Shown here: in pieces, positions 21,808-32,861 of the stretch
Layout: the number at the start of each line of letters is the position of its first letter
Position numbering within the stretch: the stretch's first letter is position 1
Virus record (IMG/VR): IMGVR_UViG_3300023184_003735
Coordinates: 32,001-96,000 of that record
DNA: 64,000 nt
Strand: one strand, 5' to 3'
Source of the DNA: a virus
The notes under the pieces: generated by a model
What the model was told of the DNA's origin: nothing
Seen by the model: only the letters and a program-made list of their open reading frames with translations
Databases searched by the model: none
Program-made: the position numbers and the translations under genes

Positions 21808-23141
21808 ATGATCTAGAATTTAAAAACACAGTATTAGATAAATTATCTGCAAGTTTTTGTGCGGCCAAATGGTACAATGCCACCATTTGGTTAGGTTCCG
21901 GCATGACCACTAGTTGTCACCATCCTCCGGCCCATTTAGTGGACCGTGATCAAGTCCAGGCCAACCCCGGGCTGTTGCACAACACTGATCAAAAGAAAGA
22001 GGATCGCCGCAAAATGCTTGCAGGAGAACGTCCCCCTGGTTGTGAATACTGCTGGAAGATTGAAGACATGGGCAAGGATGCTATTTCAGACCGTGTGTAC
22101 AAAAGCAAGATATATCCTATAGAGGCATTACATGAAGCATTTAATACTGCACCCGATCACAACGTCAATCTCCGTACCTTGGAAATTGCATTTGACCGTA
22201 CTTGTCAATTTGCTTGCTCTTACTGCAACCCTGCTTTTAGCACAACTTGGGTTAATGATATTCGACGCAACGGACCCTATCACAGTCTTGTTAGTGACGG
22301 GCGCAATCACTTTACCCACACCCATGATAGTGCTCAGTTGTTTAAGGTGTCAGAATCTAATCCCTACATTGATGCATTTTTTGCATGGTGGGAGAGTGAT
22401 CTACATCATACCCTCCAGGAACTTAGAATTACTGGAGGAGAGCCCCTCATGTCCGCCCATACCTGGCGCCTTATTGATTGGTTTAAAACAAATCAGGGCA
22501 AAAGTCACACACGCTTGGCTATCAACAGTAACCTGGGAACCGACATTGACATTGACCGACTGCTTGCCAGCACAGCCGGAATGGCAATCGACTTGTACAC
22601 ATCAAATGAGTCAATATCAACTCAGGCAGAATATATACGTGACGGACTTGTATGGGACGACTGGGCCAACAACGTAGAGCGTTTGCTGGACTCGGGGCAG
22701 TTCCGTGGTATACACGTTATGGCAACCATTAACGCACTATGTCTAAGCACACTGGATCAACTGCTGGAATGCATAATGAATTGGAAACTGGAATACGGAC
22801 GTGATGCCATATCATTTACATTAAATATCCTACGCTTCCCTAGTTTTCAATCACCGCTGGTGTTGCCCGAACACACACGCACAGTGTACAAGCAACGCCT
22901 GGCTACATGGCTAGAGCATTGGGTGGATAGTGACGTCATTCATGAGCATGAAGTAAATCACACCCAGCGCCTAATAGACTATTTAGATGTAGTCAAGACC
23001 CCGCACTCGGAATCATTCGACCGGCCACGATTATTGAATGATTTTCGACAGTTTTACACACAATATGATCAACGTCGTGGCAAAGACTTTGGTGCCGCAT
23101 TTCCCGAACTAAAGGAATGGTATGACTCAATACCGGTATAA
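21804..23141 (+). CDS. Radical SAM enzyme
   Basis: CQFACSYC, TGGEP; paralog of 19382..20752. Confidence 0.9.
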   Translation: MNDLEFKNTVLDKLSASFCAAKWYNATIWLGSGMTTSCHHPPAHLVDRDQVQANPGLLHNTDQKKEDRRKMLAGERPPGCEYCWKIEDMGKDAISDRVYKSKIYPIEALHEAFNTAPDHNVNLRTLEIAFDRTCQFACSYCNPAFSTTWVNDIRRNGPYHSLVSDGRNHFTHTHDSAQLFKVSESNPYIDAFFAWWESDLHHTLQELRITGGEPLMSAHTWRLIDWFKTNQGKSHTRLAINSNLGTDIDIDRLLASTAGMAIDLYTSNESISTQAEYIRDGLVWDDWANNVERLLDSGQFRGIHVMATINALCLSTLDQLLECIMNWKLEYGRDAISFTLNILRFPSFQSPLVLPEHTRTVYKQRLATWLEHWVDSDVIHEHEVNHTQRLIDYLDVVKTPHSESFDRPRLLNDFRQFYTQYDQRRGKDFGAAFPELKEWYDSIPV

Positions 23142-24384
23142 TTCAACAGACCTGGTACGGCCAACTGAACTCACCGAACGTGAGCGTTTCCTACTAGAGG
23201 ACTCTAAAACCTTCTGTATCTATCCCTGGATCCATTTACACGCATATCCCACAGGTGAAGCCTATCCCTGCTGTCATGCTGAAATGAAACCGGGCGTGGT
23301 GGGCAACTGTAGAACCAACACACTGGCAGAAATATGGACCGGCGAGCCCATGCAGAAACTACGTGCAGATATGTTGAGTGAAACCCCGCATGCGGCCTGC
23401 ACACGCTGTTATGAGCAAGAAGAATCAGGGTTCTTTTCAGGACGCAAGAGTGCCAACAAACATCACGGACATCATGTGAAGAAACTGGATACCAATCCAT
23501 TTGAAATGACCTACTGGGATATTCGTTTCAGTAACCTATGCAACCTAAAGTGTAGATCATGTGGACATATCTTCAGTAGTCAATGGTATCAGGACCAAGC
23601 ACGACTGGCCGGACCTGAATGGAAAGAGCAGAACACAGTTCTTAACTATGCGGGACGCACCGAAACAGACATGTGGACACAACTAGAGCCCCACTTAGAC
23701 TACGTGGAACAAATCTACTTTGCCGGTGGCGAACCCCTGTTGATGGAAGAACACTACCGCATCTTGGAAGAACTTGTGCGACGTGGCCGTTTTGACGTTA
23801 GATTAATATACAACACCAACTTCACGCACACAGACTTAAAAGGGCGTTCAGTATTTGAATACTGGCGACAGTTTGATAGTGTGGCAGTGGGTGCCAGTCT
23901 AGACGGCATGGGCCACGCCGGGGAATACATACGCAAAGGCACCCGGTGGTACGATGTTGTGCAGAACCGTCATAGAATGATTGCCACGTGCCCCAACGTA
24001 GACTTTTATATCTCACCCACACTCAGCATAATGAATGCCTGGCACCTGCCGGACTTTCACCGAGAATGGGTTGCAGCCGGCCTAATTCGCGCACAGGATT
24101 TGAATGTAAATATTCTTCAAGACCCCGCATACTATAGAATAGACATTGCCACCGCCGAATACAAACAAAGACTAGAAGAGAAATACCGCAAACATTTGAG
24201 TTGGATGAGCGATCGAGATCCACTACAACGTGCTACACAGGGATTCGAATCGGCCATTACCTTTATGAACTCAACAGACAACACACACTTGATAGATACA
24301 TTCTGGCGCAAAACACATGAATTGGATTCGATCAGAAATGAATCTTGGCAACACGCTGTGCCAGAATTGGCAGCATTGAAATGA
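23122..24384 (+). CDS. Radical SAM enzyme (SPASM/Twitch-like N-terminal domain)
   Basis: CIYPW..PCC..CTRC, CNLKCRSC, AGGEP. Confidence 0.9.
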   Translation: MTQYRYNSTDLVRPTELTERERFLLEDSKTFCIYPWIHLHAYPTGEAYPCCHAEMKPGVVGNCRTNTLAEIWTGEPMQKLRADMLSETPHAACTRCYEQEESGFFSGRKSANKHHGHHVKKLDTNPFEMTYWDIRFSNLCNLKCRSCGHIFSSQWYQDQARLAGPEWKEQNTVLNYAGRTETDMWTQLEPHLDYVEQIYFAGGEPLLMEEHYRILEELVRRGRFDVRLIYNTNFTHTDLKGRSVFEYWRQFDSVAVGASLDGMGHAGEYIRKGTRWYDVVQNRHRMIATCPNVDFYISPTLSIMNAWHLPDFHREWVAAGLIRAQDLNVNILQDPAYYRIDIATAEYKQRLEEKYRKHLSWMSDRDPLQRATQGFESAITFMNSTDNTHLIDTFWRKTHELDSIRNESWQHAVPELAALK

Positions 24385-24965
24385 CAGCCCGAGCCATAGG
24401 TTGTAGCCATACTGCAGGCGTGGGCATTGATCCCGTACACTGTTATGTAAATGTATTGAGCCGCAGACTTGGTCGACCCGTCATGAATCACGGTCAACCT
24501 GGTGGCAATGCAACACACATACAATCGACCCTGGTGCAGGTATTAAAACCCACTCGCCGCCCAGATTTTGTCATTGCACAATGGCCCAATCCTTTTAGAC
24601 GCACAACTTGGTACAACAACACAGCACAGAATGAAAATATACAACATGACAGTGCGGTGTTTAAACAGTTGTTGCTTGCCGGTGAAAAGAATTTTTATCA
24701 ACCCTGGATTGACACCATTATTGTGTGCAATTTGCTTTGTAAAACAGCCGCGGTTCCCATGGTGAACATAATGATCGAAGACATACCAATGGAATACCAT
24801 CGCATGCTGACTGCTGAACAAATTGTGTTACATGTGGATAAAAAAACACCCGATGAAACATGGTTAATGGATTCAGCAGCCAGCGATAACTCTCATCATT
24901 CTGCACGTTGCCATGCTCAATGGGCGCAAAGATTACATGGAATATTAAATGAACTTACCACATGA
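24381..24965 (+). CDS. SGNH-like protein
   Basis: IGCSHTAG, NHGQPGGN, DNSHHS. Confidence 0.55.
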   Translation: MTARAIGCSHTAGVGIDPVHCYVNVLSRRLGRPVMNHGQPGGNATHIQSTLVQVLKPTRRPDFVIAQWPNPFRRTTWYNNTAQNENIQHDSAVFKQLLLAGEKNFYQPWIDTIIVCNLLCKTAAVPMVNIMIEDIPMEYHRMLTAEQIVLHVDKKTPDETWLMDSAASDNSHHSARCHAQWAQRLHGILNELTT

Positions 24966-26160
24966 CAAATTCTGCGTGTTGCCCTGGGTCAGCCTAGAAG
25001 CCTCCCCAATAGGCTCTGTGCGTCCTTGTTGCCTGGCCGACGATGAAATCGTGGACAACGCAGGCCGCAAGTTTGAATTAAGCACCGCCCGCTTTGCAGA
25101 CATACAAAACAGTGATCACATGCGCAGTTTGCGCCAACAATTTCTTGACGGTGAGCAACCACAGACCTGCCGCAAGTGCTGGAGTGAAGAACGTGCTGGT
25201 CGTACCAGCAAACGAATGCACACCTTGGATAGATTAAAGCACATGGGCATTGGGTCAGAATTCACAGCAGACGCCAAGCCCCTGATGTTCCTGGACCTTA
25301 AACTGGGTAACATTTGCAATCTTAAATGCCGCATATGCGGATCCTGGAGTTCTAGCCAATTTGCCGCAGAAGAAATTGCACAACTGCCCCCAGAAGAAAA
25401 GAAAAAGTCACACGCTTATACTATGCTACGGGCTGGTGCTTGGCCGCAGGAAAATCCTCAATTCTGGGATCAAATTGATACTGTATTAAATGACATACGC
25501 TATATAGAATTCACCGGCGGTGAGCCATTCATGATTGACGAACACTTTGAAATGTTGCAAGGCATTGTGGATCGTGGCATTGCTAGGCAGGTTGAAATAC
25601 ACTACAATACAAATGGCACACAGTATCCCGAGCTGGCTGCAGAAATATGGCGTCATTTCAAGACAGTAGAAATAGCATTCAGTATAGATGATGTAGGTGA
25701 ACGTTTTGAATATCAACGTAGCAATGCCGAATGGGCACTGGTGTGTAAGAACCTGGATCGTTTTCGCGATTTAAAAGAGATCTACCCCTGTATTGAACTA
25801 CAGGTATGCACTACTGTGAATGTGTTTAATGTGCGTTACCTGGGCGAAGTTGCGGCCTGGCTGGAACACAATCGCGAATCATTCAACTTTGTATACTGGA
25901 ACATGATGCATGATGCCTGGTATTTCTCTATCTCTTGCTTGCCCGACACTGCCAAGCAGGCAATTTCAGAATATCTGGATTCAGTAAAGACCATTTATCG
26001 TGAAGACTTTGATCGCATACGAGACTTCATGATGGGCGGTGCATCAACAGACGGCTTTATCACAAGAATGAAAATTGCTGACCTGGACCGTAAAAGAAAT
26101 CAAGATCTACGTGTGATAGCACCAGAGTTTGCACAATTAATTGATTATGTCAAAACCTAA
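24949..26160 (+). CDS. Radical SAM enzyme (SPASM/Twitch-like N-terminal domain)
   Basis: CVLPW..PCC..CRKC, CNLKCRIC, TGGEP. Confidence 0.9.
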   Translation: MNLPHDKFCVLPWVSLEASPIGSVRPCCLADDEIVDNAGRKFELSTARFADIQNSDHMRSLRQQFLDGEQPQTCRKCWSEERAGRTSKRMHTLDRLKHMGIGSEFTADAKPLMFLDLKLGNICNLKCRICGSWSSSQFAAEEIAQLPPEEKKKSHAYTMLRAGAWPQENPQFWDQIDTVLNDIRYIEFTGGEPFMIDEHFEMLQGIVDRGIARQVEIHYNTNGTQYPELAAEIWRHFKTVEIAFSIDDVGERFEYQRSNAEWALVCKNLDRFRDLKEIYPCIELQVCTTVNVFNVRYLGEVAAWLEHNRESFNFVYWNMMHDAWYFSISCLPDTAKQAISEYLDSVKTIYREDFDRIRDFMMGGASTDGFITRMKIADLDRKRNQDLRVIAPEFAQLIDYVKT

Positions 26161-27088
26161 ACTGTTGATTGCTGACTCGGGCTTGGGAGAACCCTGGCTC
26201 ATGCCCATGTTTGATCAGTGGTTTGATTGTGAAAACTACCGCTCAGATCGTGTGTACAATCCCAACATCTTGGTGGTGGTGGACAACCGTTACGATGGAC
26301 TAGATCTTTACAATCAAATACAAGCACACGGTCATCGCATAGTACTTCCTTATCTAATAGACAGCAATGTAAACAATCCCAGTAAAATCATCAACAATGA
26401 ACTGGTGCTACATGCGCCTGATTGGGTATGGATTCAGGAAAGCCTGCATTGGCGCTATCTCAATTATCATCAGCCAAGAGCGCCCGCAACACCCTCACGA
26501 TTCTTTTTGCTATTGATGAATATCGTTCGCGCACACCGTGATCAACTCAAAAAGTGTGTGGCACCATATCTGGACCAGAGTTTGCACAGTTATGTAGAGC
26601 GTGGTGTTTTTCTTGACGGGGATGAATTTGTTGTCGGACGACTCAATGCAGGCACCGCAAATGATCGATTTTACTGTGCTGAATGGTACGCTCAAACCTG
26701 CTTTAGCCTAGTGGCGGAAACCAAAGTACAGCATGAACTATTCATAAGTGAAAAGATTTTCAAACCCTTGGCATACAATCATGCCATGATAGTGCTGGGA
26801 ACACCTGGCACCCTGCAGTACATTCGTAATCTAGGATTTGAAACATTTGCACACTGTATAGATGAATCATATGATCAGGTGCTGGACTATTCCGCTAGGT
26901 TGCAAAAAATTCTGGACCTACTGGCAGATCTCTATAGAGAATTCTCAACAACAGGACAGGTATTCCAAGACACCAAAACTCAGGCCATACTTGCGCACAA
27001 TCACGCAAGATTTTTTGATCAAGCCGAGATTTGCACTCGATTTCAAACACAAATAGCCAATCCCATTATGGAGTTCTTGGAATCATGA
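26147..27088 (+). CDS. Putative glycosyltransferase (TEKxxKP family)
   Basis: LVAET...SEKIFKPL...GFETF...DESYD. Confidence 0.5.
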   Translation: MSKPKLLIADSGLGEPWLMPMFDQWFDCENYRSDRVYNPNILVVVDNRYDGLDLYNQIQAHGHRIVLPYLIDSNVNNPSKIINNELVLHAPDWVWIQESLHWRYLNYHQPRAPATPSRFFLLLMNIVRAHRDQLKKCVAPYLDQSLHSYVERGVFLDGDEFVVGRLNAGTANDRFYCAEWYAQTCFSLVAETKVQHELFISEKIFKPLAYNHAMIVLGTPGTLQYIRNLGFETFAHCIDESYDQVLDYSARLQKILDLLADLYREFSTTGQVFQDTKTQAILAHNHARFFDQAEICTRFQTQIANPIMEFLES

Positions 27089-27699
27089 AACTGTTGTATA
27101 TTTGTGGGGATAGTTTTGGTGTGCCGGACCCTGCTTATGGGCTGTGTTGGGTAGATTACCTAGCGCAACTGATACCCACACATCATGTGATCAATTTGAG
27201 CCGTGTGTGTGCCAGCAATTTATTGATAAGTCAGCAGGTAGATCAAGCCATTGCTCATGCAGATCAGATCATTGTACTATGCACAGCCAGTACCAGAAGT
27301 CAAACACGACTGAATGGACAAGTTGTCCCCTACAGCATACACAGTCTTGACGCAACCACACCATTTAGTGCTGATCAATTAAGCATATTGCAGAGTCACA
27401 CACGTGAGTTTTTTGATTTAGACTTGTGCATTTATGAAAACAAGTGTATAATAGAAAGTATGTTACAACGACTAACGGATAGCAATCAACCATTTTTGTG
27501 GGATCAGGGCGGATTTGAACATGCTCATTATGGTGGCACACGCAAATACTTTTCAAAATGGTCGTGGTGTCGTAGCAGTAGAAACTTGTGGGACTACACA
27601 ACCACAAGACAACACAGACCCTATTATCACATAACAGACGATGGGGTGCATCGTGAAGTGGCCCAATACTATGCAGGATGGATCCATGCACAAACCTGA
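27085..27699 (+). CDS. SGNH-like protein
   Basis: ICGDSF, ASN block, C-terminal YH. Confidence 0.5.
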   Translation: MKLLYICGDSFGVPDPAYGLCWVDYLAQLIPTHHVINLSRVCASNLLISQQVDQAIAHADQIIVLCTASTRSQTRLNGQVVPYSIHSLDATTPFSADQLSILQSHTREFFDLDLCIYENKCIIESMLQRLTDSNQPFLWDQGGFEHAHYGGTRKYFSKWSWCRSSRNLWDYTTTRQHRPYYHITDDGVHREVAQYYAGWIHAQT

Positions 27700-28975
27700 C
27701 ACCATGTGTCTAGCACCCTGGGTGCATACCTATCTATCACCGCAGACCGAGCGCAGAATGTGCTGTGCGTCGCGAGAACCTGCGCAGAACTTTGAGCAGT
27801 ATATAGATACTGCCGCAGGCACAGGTCGATATATACCCGTGACTCTTGAGATGCATTGGAACAGCGATCACATGCGATCAGTACGGCGCAGAATGATGGC
27901 CGGAGAAACACTACCAGAATGCGAGGTTTGCAATGACCGGTTACTCAATGTCGCCGTATACCGAGATTATTTTGGGCACCTGTTCCAAGGAAGACTTGAA
28001 GAAATATGGAATACCACTGACCCAGATGGATCGACTCGTATGCGCCCTGTTTCATGGGATTATAGGTTCAGCAACCTGTGTAATTTCAAATGTAGAACCT
28101 GTGGCGACATGCTATCCAGTTCATGGGAGAGTGAACAGAAACAGAACAACATGGTTGACTGGACAAATCCTAAAAACAATTGGATGCGAAACGATATACG
28201 TGCCGAAATCTCACACTTTCAGGATAGTCAAATTGAAACCGAATTCAGTGCGGCTGTTGAGCAACATCGAGTAGAAGAAATCTATTGGGTAGGGGGAGAA
28301 CCGCTGATGTACGAACAGCATTGGAGGTATATGAAAAGAATTATAGAACTAGGAGATGGGGAGAAACTATATGCAAGATACAATACTAATCTTAGTCGCG
28401 TGGATTATCGTGGTTGTAATTTATACAGCGATATTCTTTCGTTTGTTCGCGACTGGCAAATCTGCGCCAGCCTTGACGGAACCGGCACCACAGGTGAGTA
28501 CATACGAACAGGCCTGGACTATAGTGCTTTTTTAAGCAACTTTCGTCAAGGATTAGAGATAGCAACTAACCCCAGACAAATGCGCCTGGACTTTACACTC
28601 ACACTGCCGGGCATGATGGAAGTGGATGCAATGAACGCTTTAGCAAGAGAACTGGGTGTGGAGATGCTGGCCAAGGTCATATTCAGTTTCTCGCCTGATA
28701 TCATATTGAGCCCATTGGCACTACCTAGAGAGTTATTGGATCCATGGGTTGACGAGTTAGCAGGCCGCTCCGCAGGCGCCATGCGTGATGTACTGCTACA
28801 ATTAAAGACCCGTCCATGCTTTGAAGAACAATGGCCGGATCAATATCAAGAAGGGCTCTCTAAAGGCAAAGCCCGTGTGTTACAACTAGAACAAATAAGA
28901 ACACAATCAGTGACAATGACAGATATCCTGGGCTCGCGTCCAGAAGTATTAGAATGGTGGATGAAAATTGCTTGA
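27686..28975 (+). CDS. Radical SAM enzyme
   Basis: CLAPW..CC..CEVC, CNFKCRTC, VGGEP. Confidence 0.9.
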   Translation: MHKPDTMCLAPWVHTYLSPQTERRMCCASREPAQNFEQYIDTAAGTGRYIPVTLEMHWNSDHMRSVRRRMMAGETLPECEVCNDRLLNVAVYRDYFGHLFQGRLEEIWNTTDPDGSTRMRPVSWDYRFSNLCNFKCRTCGDMLSSSWESEQKQNNMVDWTNPKNNWMRNDIRAEISHFQDSQIETEFSAAVEQHRVEEIYWVGGEPLMYEQHWRYMKRIIELGDGEKLYARYNTNLSRVDYRGCNLYSDILSFVRDWQICASLDGTGTTGEYIRTGLDYSAFLSNFRQGLEIATNPRQMRLDFTLTLPGMMEVDAMNALARELGVEMLAKVIFSFSPDIILSPLALPRELLDPWVDELAGRSAGAMRDVLLQLKTRPCFEEQWPDQYQEGLSKGKARVLQLEQIRTQSVTMTDILGSRPEVLEWWMKIA

Positions 28976-30017
28976 TTCAATTGAAATAGACTTGCGCGGC
29001 GCAAATGATATATTGACTGTGTATATAGACGTTGCGGACAACAGCCTCAGCCGTAAATGGCTCTCAGCATTAAATGATATCTTAAAAACCAAATTACATT
29101 TGGAAAAGAACTACTGCTGGCTAGGCTGGCCTGAAAGTACTAGAACCGCTGAATATTTGTGCATACAAATCAACAGAAGCATACAGGCCATTAACGCCAG
29201 CAATCTAGATTATTGTATACAAGATTTCTTTAGCCCCAGCACAGTGATTCAAACAGATCTAGATATCAATCACGATCGAATGAATCAACTGCACAAGTAT
29301 TTTGAAGACCTGCAGGGCACAGCAGGCGCCATGAGCACATATTATGATTCAGCAGATGATCACACACGCTGGCACATACGGCAATTAAACTTGTTGTGTC
29401 ACGAACTAGAGAGTCTTGTGCTGAGTATGCGCAAGGCGGTACAGGCCCCTGAATGGCGCAGACCCAGTCAACTCATGTGTTGGTTAAATGCACCACGCTA
29501 CGAATTAGCACCCGAAGACCAGGAGTTATTTGGTATACAAGCAATCAATAGAAAACTGGGTGGTGTATATGTGGGCGTAAATAAAGCAGTGGGCAAGCAT
29601 CACTGGGAGGTGTTTCAAGATGAAGGTAGGGATTCAAGAATTTCCGAATTGGTTACAACTGGGCTTCGGACACAGACTCAAGCGGCTGGTGATTTTGATA
29701 TTGAATGGGCCCGTGATCCCAGCGAATACCAATGGCAAATTAAAAAACTGGCAGAATTTCGACTGTGGCTTGAACGGAATGGATTCAACCCTGATGACCC
29801 CGGTCTCACAATCGGTCACCCTCAAGTCGGGCAAGTTGATCTTGAAAGGTCGTTTGGTACACAAAACTACCAAGTAATCTGGTCGCAACTAGCCAGTTAT
29901 TTAGACGTTGTTACTGTGCGTACCAGTGCCGCCCAGGCCACTTATGACTACCATTGGAGCGACACAGACTACCAACTGCAACAAATACAGGCATTAAATG
30001 CAAGACATAACAGTTAA
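28968..30017 (+). CDS. Hypothetical protein
   Basis: 349-aa ORF within the operon; no motif recognised. Confidence 0.7.
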   Translation: MLDSIEIDLRGANDILTVYIDVADNSLSRKWLSALNDILKTKLHLEKNYCWLGWPESTRTAEYLCIQINRSIQAINASNLDYCIQDFFSPSTVIQTDLDINHDRMNQLHKYFEDLQGTAGAMSTYYDSADDHTRWHIRQLNLLCHELESLVLSMRKAVQAPEWRRPSQLMCWLNAPRYELAPEDQELFGIQAINRKLGGVYVGVNKAVGKHHWEVFQDEGRDSRISELVTTGLRTQTQAAGDFDIEWARDPSEYQWQIKKLAEFRLWLERNGFNPDDPGLTIGHPQVGQVDLERSFGTQNYQVIWSQLASYLDVVTVRTSAAQATYDYHWSDTDYQLQQIQALNARHNS

Positions 30018-30669
30018 TGATTATTTAACATGGGAATATTCCACAGATCCTGACATACAATATCTCAATTGTCCGGCACCCACATCCATGCACAATCACA
30101 TACCCGAATGGTTCAAAAATCAAAAGGCCCGCAAACAAGAAATCAACATAGCCGATCAACAAACTATTAGAAACTGCCTGGGGTTCCGCGGACTTGCTAC
30201 CCTGGGTTATACTATTCCTTTACCAGAAGAACTCACAGGCCATGACACATATTTCAGCCGAGGTCGACTGCACCCTGAAATGCTATATGGAACCCAATGG
30301 GCCAATCAAGGCTCAGAACCCTGGACCACAGATGACACCAGTCTGTATGAATACCGTATTAGACTACTGTATTGGCCTTGGCGAGCACGAATGTCCCCAG
30401 GCTGGCGCTTGTTGATCTTGCCTTATCTATTAGATTGGTCAAATGATTGGAATGAATTTGCCGGCATAGTAGAACCCAATTATGAAGTTAACTTTGGTAA
30501 TAGTATAGGTGTTGGATTAAAATGGACTCAACCCATTGATCATAATTACAACTACTACAACCTAGAAACAGTGATGGCATACAAACGATCAGTCACTGTG
30601 ACAAAGGGCACTGTGACTTTCTGTGCAGTTCCTTTGTATGACCCTGAACTAGCCGAGAAACAACTATGA
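29998..30669 (+). CDS. Hypothetical protein
   Basis: 223 aa; IPEWFK...TIRNC; no confident function. Confidence 0.65.
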   Translation: MQDITVNDYLTWEYSTDPDIQYLNCPAPTSMHNHIPEWFKNQKARKQEINIADQQTIRNCLGFRGLATLGYTIPLPEELTGHDTYFSRGRLHPEMLYGTQWANQGSEPWTTDDTSLYEYRIRLLYWPWRARMSPGWRLLILPYLLDWSNDWNEFAGIVEPNYEVNFGNSIGVGLKWTQPIDHNYNYYNLETVMAYKRSVTVTKGTVTFCAVPLYDPELAEKQL

Positions 30670-30767
30670 ACTGGATTAAACGAATTTGGAATCGAATTGC
30701 ATTGGAAATACGCTATCGTAAAAAATTACGAGAGTTGCGCAAACGAGATCCATTTATCTACAAATGA
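30666..30767 (+). CDS. 33-aa basic peptide ending DPFIYK (absent from the ORF track)
   Basis: MNWIKRIWNRIALEIRYRKKLRELRKRDPFIYK*, with ATGA overlaps at both ends. Confidence 0.65.
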   Translation: MNWIKRIWNRIALEIRYRKKLRELRKRDPFIYK

Positions 30768-31408
30768 TATATTGTATAGGTGATAGTTTTACATATGGAC
30801 ATGGTCTTGAAGATCCAGATAAAACCGCTTGGCCTATTGTATTAGGGACATTATTAAATCGTCCTGTTACTAATCTTGGAAAATCCGGGTCTGGTAATAC
30901 TCGAATTGTTAAACGTACAATAGATGTAGTGTTTCGCGACGATACGGAATTAGTGATACTGGCCTGGGTTGGCCCACATAGAATAGAATTTTTTGATAAA
31001 ACACCTTACGACATCTGGCCCGGACAAACTTTTAGAAAAACTCCTAATGAAATAGCAAAAGCACTTACAATAACACAAAATAATCAATTTGATTTATGGT
31101 TGTGTAGAAAGTGGTTGAGAGATATTATCTTAACACAAAATTTATTAAAAAATCAAAACAAAAAATATCTAATGGCCAGAGCTTGGGGTGCGTGGGAACC
31201 ATTGGCAGGTACTGAAGATCTATGGAACAAAATTGATTGGAACTATTTTGTAGGACACCCAACTACTACTAGAAATACAGACTATGAAACGTTTGGCTAT
31301 TGGTATACAGATATACCATTGGTACTTAACCATCCATCAGAATTGGGTCATCAAAGAATAGCAGAAAAATTTTATGAATATATTAGGAATTTCGGCTGGA
31401 TTTCATGA
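30764..31408 (+). CDS. SGNH/GDSL hydrolase-like protein
   Basis: IGDSFTYG, NLGKSGSGN, NHPSELGH. Confidence 0.7.
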   Translation: MIYCIGDSFTYGHGLEDPDKTAWPIVLGTLLNRPVTNLGKSGSGNTRIVKRTIDVVFRDDTELVILAWVGPHRIEFFDKTPYDIWPGQTFRKTPNEIAKALTITQNNQFDLWLCRKWLRDIILTQNLLKNQNKKYLMARAWGAWEPLAGTEDLWNKIDWNYFVGHPTTTRNTDYETFGYWYTDIPLVLNHPSELGHQRIAEKFYEYIRNFGWIS

Positions 31409-32861
31409 TGCGGCAGCCACAGTGATCTCACCTGACGGGGAGATATTGTTTGCTGGCCATTCAGAACGGTACTCAAAAAAGAAGAATGACGAAAACTTCT
31501 GTACACCATTGATTAGAGAATTAGAAAACTACAACCCAATTGACACAGTGGCATATTATGAACGCCCGATAATGAAACAGTTACGTCAATGGTACAGCGG
31601 TCAAGGGATTGAGTGGAACCGACTCAGTGTGAAGAAAAACATACACGATCAAATAGGTCATGCTAATTGGCAGGATCTTAAACACTACAAAAATTATAAC
31701 CATCATTTATCGCATGCGGCAGGGGGCTTTCAAACGTCGCCATTTGACCGTGCCACAGTAGTGGTAATAGATGCAATAGGTGAATGGGACACCGTATCAA
31801 TTTGGGGTGCAGAATATGATTCAAAAGGACGGGCCCGGTACAAGAGATTGTGGAGACAGATTTATCCACATTCGATTGGCCTGTTCTATAGTTCTGTTAC
31901 CCAGCGTATTGGACTACACCCACTAGACGAAGAATACATCACAATGGGCATGGCAGCCTGGGGTCGTAACACCTGGTATCATGACATGCGTGAGCATGTG
32001 ATTGCCAATGAGCGCGACCTTGAACTACGTCATAACTTCCACACAGGCATGAGTGCGGACTTCCTGGTAGGCGCCAGCAATGAAAACATTGCGGCTGCCG
32101 GGCAACTGGTGGCAGAGGATCTTATTCGTCAAGTGATGATTCGTGCTAGAAACACAGGATTTAGCACAAATCTGGTATATATGGGTGGGGTTGCACTGAA
32201 TTGCACAGCCAACCGCATGCTAGGAGAATACTTTGACAAAATCTGGATTATGCCTTGCCCTGGCGATGCTGGTAGCAGCCTCGGTGCTGCCGCTTTGGCT
32301 TTTGGGCGTAGAGTTAACTGGAGGGACAGTTATCTCGGCCATTGCATTCCAGGTGTTTATCCTGTTAATGGGTTGCTGGATAGGCTTCTTACTGAACAGA
32401 TTGTGGGGGTGGCCTCAGGACGAGCCGAGTTCGGCCCCCGCGCACTGGGAAACCGTAGCCTCCTGGCAGACCCTAGAGGCAGCGAGATCAAGGAGAAAGT
32501 AAATGCAATCAAACGTCGACAACAGTTTAGGCCATTTGCCCCGGTCATATTGGCTGAGGTGGCTGATGACTATTTTGATATGCCAGCCGGTTGGCATCAT
32601 AGCCCTTATATGCAGTCAGTCGCTCGCTGCCGCCAGCCTAGTCTTACTCCTGCTGTATGTCATGTTGATGGCACCAGCCGAGTACAGACTGTGGCGCGGG
32701 ATGGATCAGGCATAAGAGAATTACTAGAGAAATGGTATGTGTTAACAGGATGTCCTATGCTGTTAAACACCAGTCTAAACATACGTGGAGAACCCATGGT
32801 GAATGATCGTGCAGACGCCGATCGCTTTGAACAGTTATATAGCGTAAAGGTATGTTCATGA
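31374..32861 (+). CDS. Carbamoyltransferase (NodU/CmcH family)
   Basis: GFHDAAA, HHLSHAA, DAIGE, GGVALNC, EFGPRALGNRS, RPFAP, LLNTSLN. Confidence 0.95.
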   Translation: MNILGISAGFHDAAATVISPDGEILFAGHSERYSKKKNDENFCTPLIRELENYNPIDTVAYYERPIMKQLRQWYSGQGIEWNRLSVKKNIHDQIGHANWQDLKHYKNYNHHLSHAAGGFQTSPFDRATVVVIDAIGEWDTVSIWGAEYDSKGRARYKRLWRQIYPHSIGLFYSSVTQRIGLHPLDEEYITMGMAAWGRNTWYHDMREHVIANERDLELRHNFHTGMSADFLVGASNENIAAAGQLVAEDLIRQVMIRARNTGFSTNLVYMGGVALNCTANRMLGEYFDKIWIMPCPGDAGSSLGAAALAFGRRVNWRDSYLGHCIPGVYPVNGLLDRLLTEQIVGVASGRAEFGPRALGNRSLLADPRGSEIKEKVNAIKRRQQFRPFAPVILAEVADDYFDMPAGWHHSPYMQSVARCRQPSLTPAVCHVDGTSRVQTVARDGSGIRELLEKWYVLTGCPMLLNTSLNIRGEPMVNDRADADRFEQLYSVKVCS

